Assembly: GCA_019057385.1 (NCBI GenBank)
Contig: JAHQJS010000008.1
Span: 64,001-128,000 of the forward strand
Length of the DNA: 64,000 nucleotides
Direction: 5' to 3'
Origin: Candidatus Borrarchaeum weybense
Lineage (GTDB): Archaea; Asgardarchaeota; Sifarchaeia; Borrarchaeales; Borrarchaeaceae
Below, piece after piece: positions 59,828-64,000 of this stretch. Numbering within the stretch: position 1 is the first letter of the stretch; each line of letters begins with the position of its first letter. The notes beneath the pieces are model-generated. The model saw only the letters and a list, made by a program, of their open reading frames with translations. It had not been told where the DNA came from and made no database searches. The position numbers and the translations under genes were made by a program.

Positions 59828-61087
59828 TTATTTTGGGTGCAAGTAGCCCCATTTATCTAATGCTGCTTTTAGTTCTATATTTTTTGCCGCCATCTCATCT
59901 AACGACATATTCTCTAAATGTGCATCTATGGCTTGTCTAACAGCTTTTGCACCAGCTTGTGCGCCCATTGGATGTCCCAAAACTCCGCCCCCTACTTGAA
60001 TAACCAAATTGGATCCGAATCTTTTTAAAATCTCTGGCAGAAGACCTGGATGCAGTCCTCCAGAGGACACGGGGAAAGTTTGTTTTATATGATACCAGTC
60101 ATTTCTGAGAAATTCATTAATTTTCGTAACTTCCCCTTCAGGTCCCTCTAATTTTCCAACAACAGTGCCCGTGTGAATTTGATCAACACCGATTAATCGC
60201 GCAGTTTTTGCCAAAGCAAACATTGAGATACCATGTTGAGGATTTCTTGTAAATGTAGCATGCATTGCTCTATGGGCGTGTATTGCCAGTTTTAAATCTT
60301 CACAAACCTCTCGCAAGGTCTGTAAAGCAGCCCAGCCTGTCGTAACTATGTCAATCATTACATACTCCCAGTTCAAATCAGCAACAAATCGCGCTCTTTT
60401 TTTCATTTCTTCCGTTTCTGCAGTGATATTTATTAGATAGCTTCTTCGTTCACCAATTTCTGCTTCCACTTTCTCTCTCATTTTTTGAGCGTATTCGACT
60501 CTCTTCTCAAATTTGTTGAAGGGTAAGGATGAAAGATTTTCATCATCTTTTAGAAGATCGATACCGCCAGTCCAGATCTCATATGCAACTTGAGCTTGTT
60601 CTTCCGCTGAGAAACCGATCTTTGGTTTAGGGACTGTAGCCAAAATTGGTCTTTCATCGACCTTTAACAACTTCCGAATTCCTTGAATACCATACTGCGG
60701 ACCTTTGAAATTTCTTACATATTCCTCAGGAGGTTCATAATCTATTAATCTGAGATTCTTGACAGCTTTCATTCCGAAAATGTTGCCAGCAATTCCAGAT
60801 AGCAACTGAGGCACATTATTTGGCTCCCATAAGTCGAGAGGATAAGCAATCTTTATTATATTCCCATCCCGCTCGTACATTTTAGCCTTTAGGGATTTTA
60901 TTCTATACGGCAGTTCAGCAAGCGTAGTCCATGTTCCGACACTGCTTTCGGAGGCAACACGCCCGGCCACTTCCTCAAATGACATCCCTTTAGCAGGTTC
61001 TACATAAAAAGTGACAATTAAATCTGTCTTAGATGGTCTATAATCATAATCTACAAATTCAAGGTACCACTCAATTTTTTCAGGCAT
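59828..61087 (-). CDS. rbcL: RuBisCO form III
   Basis: ESSVGTWT, PKPKIG, DLLKDDE, HAHRAMH, SSGGLHPG. Confidence 0.95.
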   Translation of the reverse strand: MPEKIEWYLEFVDYDYRPSKTDLIVTFYVEPAKGMSFEEVAGRVASESSVGTWTTLAELPYRIKSLKAKMYERDGNIIKIAYPLDLWEPNNVPQLLSGIAGNIFGMKAVKNLRLIDYEPPEEYVRNFKGPQYGIQGIRKLLKVDERPILATVPKPKIGFSAEEQAQVAYEIWTGGIDLLKDDENLSSLPFNKFEKRVEYAQKMREKVEAEIGERRSYLINITAETEEMKKRARFVADLNWEYVMIDIVTTGWAALQTLREVCEDLKLAIHAHRAMHATFTRNPQHGISMFALAKTARLIGVDQIHTGTVVGKLEGPEGEVTKINEFLRNDWYHIKQTFPVSSGGLHPGLLPEILKRFGSNLVIQVGGGVLGHPMGAQAGAKAVRQAIDAHLENMSLDEMAAKNIELKAALDKWGYLHPK

Positions 61088-61174
61088 TTTTCTCACCTTC
61101 AAATGCAAGAACTATTTCATCTTTGACAAAGTAGTAATATATTATTTATGAAGAATACACATTGAGGGAATACT

Positions 61175-62104
61175 ATGGAAGATTTGATACAAGTCGCCAA
61201 GAAAATCAAAGATTTAGAGATTCAAGGCGCAAGAAATGTAGCTAAAACTGCTATCCGTTCAATGAAGGATGTAATTCTTAATTCTTCAGCTACAGAGCCT
61301 GATTTATTACTCAAAGAACTTTTACAAGCAAAAGATATTCTGTTTGACACAAGACCAACTGAACCTGCGATGAGGAACAGTATTCGATATGTATTATATG
61401 AAACAAAGGAGGCAAAAGGTGGTATAGGTGCTACAAAAGAGATTGCAGTAAAAACATGTGATAAAATCCTCAAATATTTTGAGGATGCTATCTTAAAAAT
61501 CCATGAGATAGGGGCTCGTAAAATCCTAAGTGGTATGCAAATAATGACTCATTGTCACTCCTCAACAGTAACTGGCATATTAAAGAAAGCAAATGAACAA
61601 GGAAAAGATATACATGTAATCTGTACAGAGACACGACCACGTCTTCAAGGACATCGTACAGCAAAAGAACTGGTGGAGGCAGGTATAAAGGTAACATTTG
61701 TAGTTGATTCGGCAATGAGATACATGATGAAACATCTTGAGGTAGATTTAGCACTTATTGGTGCTGACGCAATCACTTCAGAAGGAACAATAATAAACAA
61801 GATTGGGACACGATTATTTGCGTTAGCTGCGGACGAAAGAGACGTGCCAATGTATTGCGCTGCAGATACATACAAATTTAGCCCAGAAACATCCTTAGGT
61901 TTCCTAGAAAAGATCGAGAAACGAAATCCTGATGAAATTTGGAAAGATGCGCCTGCTGGTTTATATATAGAAAATCCAGCGTTCGAGACGGTACCTCGAA
62001 GATATATTGATGGACTCATTACTGAAGTCGGTGTGTTTCCTCCCTCTTCTATAGCCCATCAACTACTTCAGCTTCACCCTTGGATGTTTGATTTTAAAGA
62101 TTGA
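61175..62104 (+). CDS. Ribose 1,5-bisphosphate isomerase (eIF2B-like)
   Basis: IQGA, RPTEP, THCHS, ETRP, GADAI, NKIGT; divergent from rbcL. Confidence 0.88.
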   Translation: MEDLIQVAKKIKDLEIQGARNVAKTAIRSMKDVILNSSATEPDLLLKELLQAKDILFDTRPTEPAMRNSIRYVLYETKEAKGGIGATKEIAVKTCDKILKYFEDAILKIHEIGARKILSGMQIMTHCHSSTVTGILKKANEQGKDIHVICTETRPRLQGHRTAKELVEAGIKVTFVVDSAMRYMMKHLEVDLALIGADAITSEGTIINKIGTRLFALAADERDVPMYCAADTYKFSPETSLGFLEKIEKRNPDEIWKDAPAGLYIENPAFETVPRRYIDGLITEVGVFPPSSIAHQLLQLHPWMFDFKD

Positions 62105-62124
62105 AGAAAGAAAATCTATCACTA

Positions 62125-62349
62125 TCATAGCGTTACAACCGCTATCGGCTCAACTTTGTCAAACGCAACCTGACGACGCACAACGCCATAGGTATCGATA
62201 TGAACGATTACCACATGGTCATCGTGATCAATAGTCTTGACTACTAATCCCCCACCGTAGATTATAGCCTCCTCTACTTCTTCCTTGGAGAAGGGTATCC
62301 GATCTTTCCTCCCACATTCGTGACATAAATTAATTGCCGCTTTATACAT
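62125..62349 (-). CDS. Small CxxC protein with DH..H..ID..G.VR motif
   Basis: 74 aa, GAGGGG upstream, CHECG and DHDDHVVIVHIDTYGVVR. Confidence 0.7.
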   Translation of the reverse strand: MYKAAINLCHECGRKDRIPFSKEEVEEAIIYGGGLVVKTIDHDDHVVIVHIDTYGVVRRQVAFDKVEPIAVVTL

Positions 62350-62613
62350 GGCCCCTCACTAAACCAATTCCATAATGTCTTTTAAATACCGATATCATTC
62401 TGGTATTTTGTCGGGATATTTTTTAGTTAACGCGCCCCTAATCCAATCTCTCCAATATTCAACTTTATCATTTTTTTCAAAAAATTGCTATTTCACTTAG
62501 GATTTTCGAAGAGGATGCTACAGGTAGGAGTTCAACTCCTCTTCTATTTAACAAAAGAAGAAGTTTCTATTGATTCAATATTTCATTAAAAAAATAAAAA
62601 AATGTGAGGGGGT

Positions 62614-63714
62614 TTATTCGTAGTCTTCAAGTCGACCTTCCAATTGTTTCAGAACTGATGGCAAGGTGGTGTATTCCATCTCCTCTAGTGGAAGTCTTTC
62701 CGGTTCAAATGGGCCATGACGTCTCATATAATCAGTGATCTCCATACATTTTTGTCTAGTGTAGTCGAAGGCAACGTCGTCAAATAGATCCACTGGTCCA
62801 ATAAGTTTACCATTTTTGATCTGAAAACCTAATCCGACCACTCGTGGCGGACCATCAAATCTTGTGCATCGACTGTCCTTTAGCGCCACTGGCAACATCG
62901 GGCCCCTATGCGACCCACGCATCCATCCCGCTACGAGATGACCAAGTGAAAAAGCTTCGATTACTTCTCCAACAGCAGGAAATCCGCTCTGAGATCTGAC
63001 TATTGCACATGGGTCATCTTTTCCGATGTATTTACCTGCTATGAGTGCCAATTTTTCGGTTGAAATAGCTGCAGCAATGCCCAAATCGGGATTCTTGGAA
63101 TACACATATTTTATAGGAAATCTGCTTACCGCGCCGATCAATGCTAGCAAATCGTACATTTCTTCAGGGCAACTCATCGTAACAGCCTTATGCGCAATAA
63201 CATCTACAACATAGAATTTGAACCCTGGATGTAGTTTGGGATCAATAACAAGTCCAGCAGTGCAAAATGGATCTGCAAACATGCGATAGATTGGGTAATT
63301 AAATGCACCTGGTTCAGTTTTGTCAGCAGCGAATACAAGGATAGGCTCAGCAGGTCTTTCATCAATTTCCATTTCAGCGACTCCAGGACCTTGACCTTTA
63401 ATATTTCCAGAAAAGGCATCTGCCAGAAGATCTTGTCCAGCACCATAAAGCCCTAAAGCCTTAGCGTTTTCAGCTAGTTTTATAAATATATCCCACGCGA
63501 GTTCATGGATTTCGGGGGAATCTACGCCTTTAGTGTGTGTCATTAAGAGTTCAGTATCGTCCCCGGCATTATACACGCGGAAATCAATTATCAAGCCTTG
63601 GTCTTGTGCCTTAGCTAGTTCTTGTTCAGCCATCTGCATATTTCCTTCGTATGTCACAACATGACCTGGAGCGGATCCGATATCTGCTTTGATGTTTGAA
63701 ATCGTAACTTTCAA
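62614..63714 (-). CDS. fbp: Bifunctional fructose-1,6-bisphosphate aldolase/phosphatase
   Basis: IKADIG, GDD, LYGAGQDLL, DKTEPGAFN, GWMRGSH, MEYTTLP. Confidence 0.96.
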   Translation of the reverse strand: MKVTISNIKADIGSAPGHVVTYEGNMQMAEQELAKAQDQGLIIDFRVYNAGDDTELLMTHTKGVDSPEIHELAWDIFIKLAENAKALGLYGAGQDLLADAFSGNIKGQGPGVAEMEIDERPAEPILVFAADKTEPGAFNYPIYRMFADPFCTAGLVIDPKLHPGFKFYVVDVIAHKAVTMSCPEEMYDLLALIGAVSRFPIKYVYSKNPDLGIAAAISTEKLALIAGKYIGKDDPCAIVRSQSGFPAVGEVIEAFSLGHLVAGWMRGSHRGPMLPVALKDSRCTRFDGPPRVVGLGFQIKNGKLIGPVDLFDDVAFDYTRQKCMEITDYMRRHGPFEPERLPLEEMEYTTLPSVLKQLEGRLEDYE

Positions 63715-63846
63715 ATTGAAACCTCCTTTTTTAAGAAACCTAGAACTTGGTTTTTATTTTCTATTATAAATTATTTTTTGTTCATAAAATATCATCTATT
63801 AGTATATAATTAGATGTTTGAAAGAAGGGATGATTAGATTATGTAC

Positions 63847-64000
63847 CATATCGATTTTATCGTGTTTGAACTTGATGCCTTGCGAGATAAGGTGCAATAT
63901 AGTCATTAAAATTGTGGAGTTTATTAATGAAATGTAATATATAGTAGAAGAAGTCGATCACGATGATTCAGACCGTCAAATTCAGAATGTACCCAGATGA
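63847..64000 (+). mobile_element. Atypical TnpB element, copy 3, 5' part (ORF starts 63963, MIQTVKFRMYPD)
   Basis: Aligns with the reverse complement of about 53420-53574. Confidence 0.88.

Noticed and set aside
62508-62544. Hairpin GAAGAGGA..TCCTCTTC as a SECIS or tRNA fragment
   Set aside because: No in-frame UGA in neighbouring genes and the T-arm geometry does not fit; more likely a 3' UTR stem of fbp.

Overview
Archaeal chromosomal window, AT-rich. An Asgard lineage is inferred from a modular LRR protein, a eukaryote-like Top3 and a small DH..H..ID..G.VR protein, but this is not proven. It holds the middle of the ribosomal protein superoperon (rnp1 to rpl6) and a displaced, inverted rps19. 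Housekeeping genes include SRP54, Pus10, topoisomerase IA, Sm, RIO2, HerA/NurA, PyrG, GINS23, MCM (2 inteins), Hel308 (1 intein), HDAC, GatC, RpoL, Csl4, pelota, IlvE, form III RuBisCO, R15P isomerase and FBP aldolase/phosphatase. There are five non-autonomous IS200/IS605-type (OMEGA) elements from three families: one TnpB, one IsrB with omegaRNA, and three copies of an atypical zinc-finger-less TnpB (the third cut by the window end). Non-coding features read by hand are two tRNAs with two non-canonical BHB introns each (one in the acceptor stem), two tandem box C/D sRNAs, and an unidentified ~420-nt RNA-like element at 11.4-11.8 kb. That element has nested long-range helices and a possible double pseudoknot around a ~220-nt loop, and is the best candidate for something undescribed. 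All assignments come from motif recognition by eye; no searches or folding were run.
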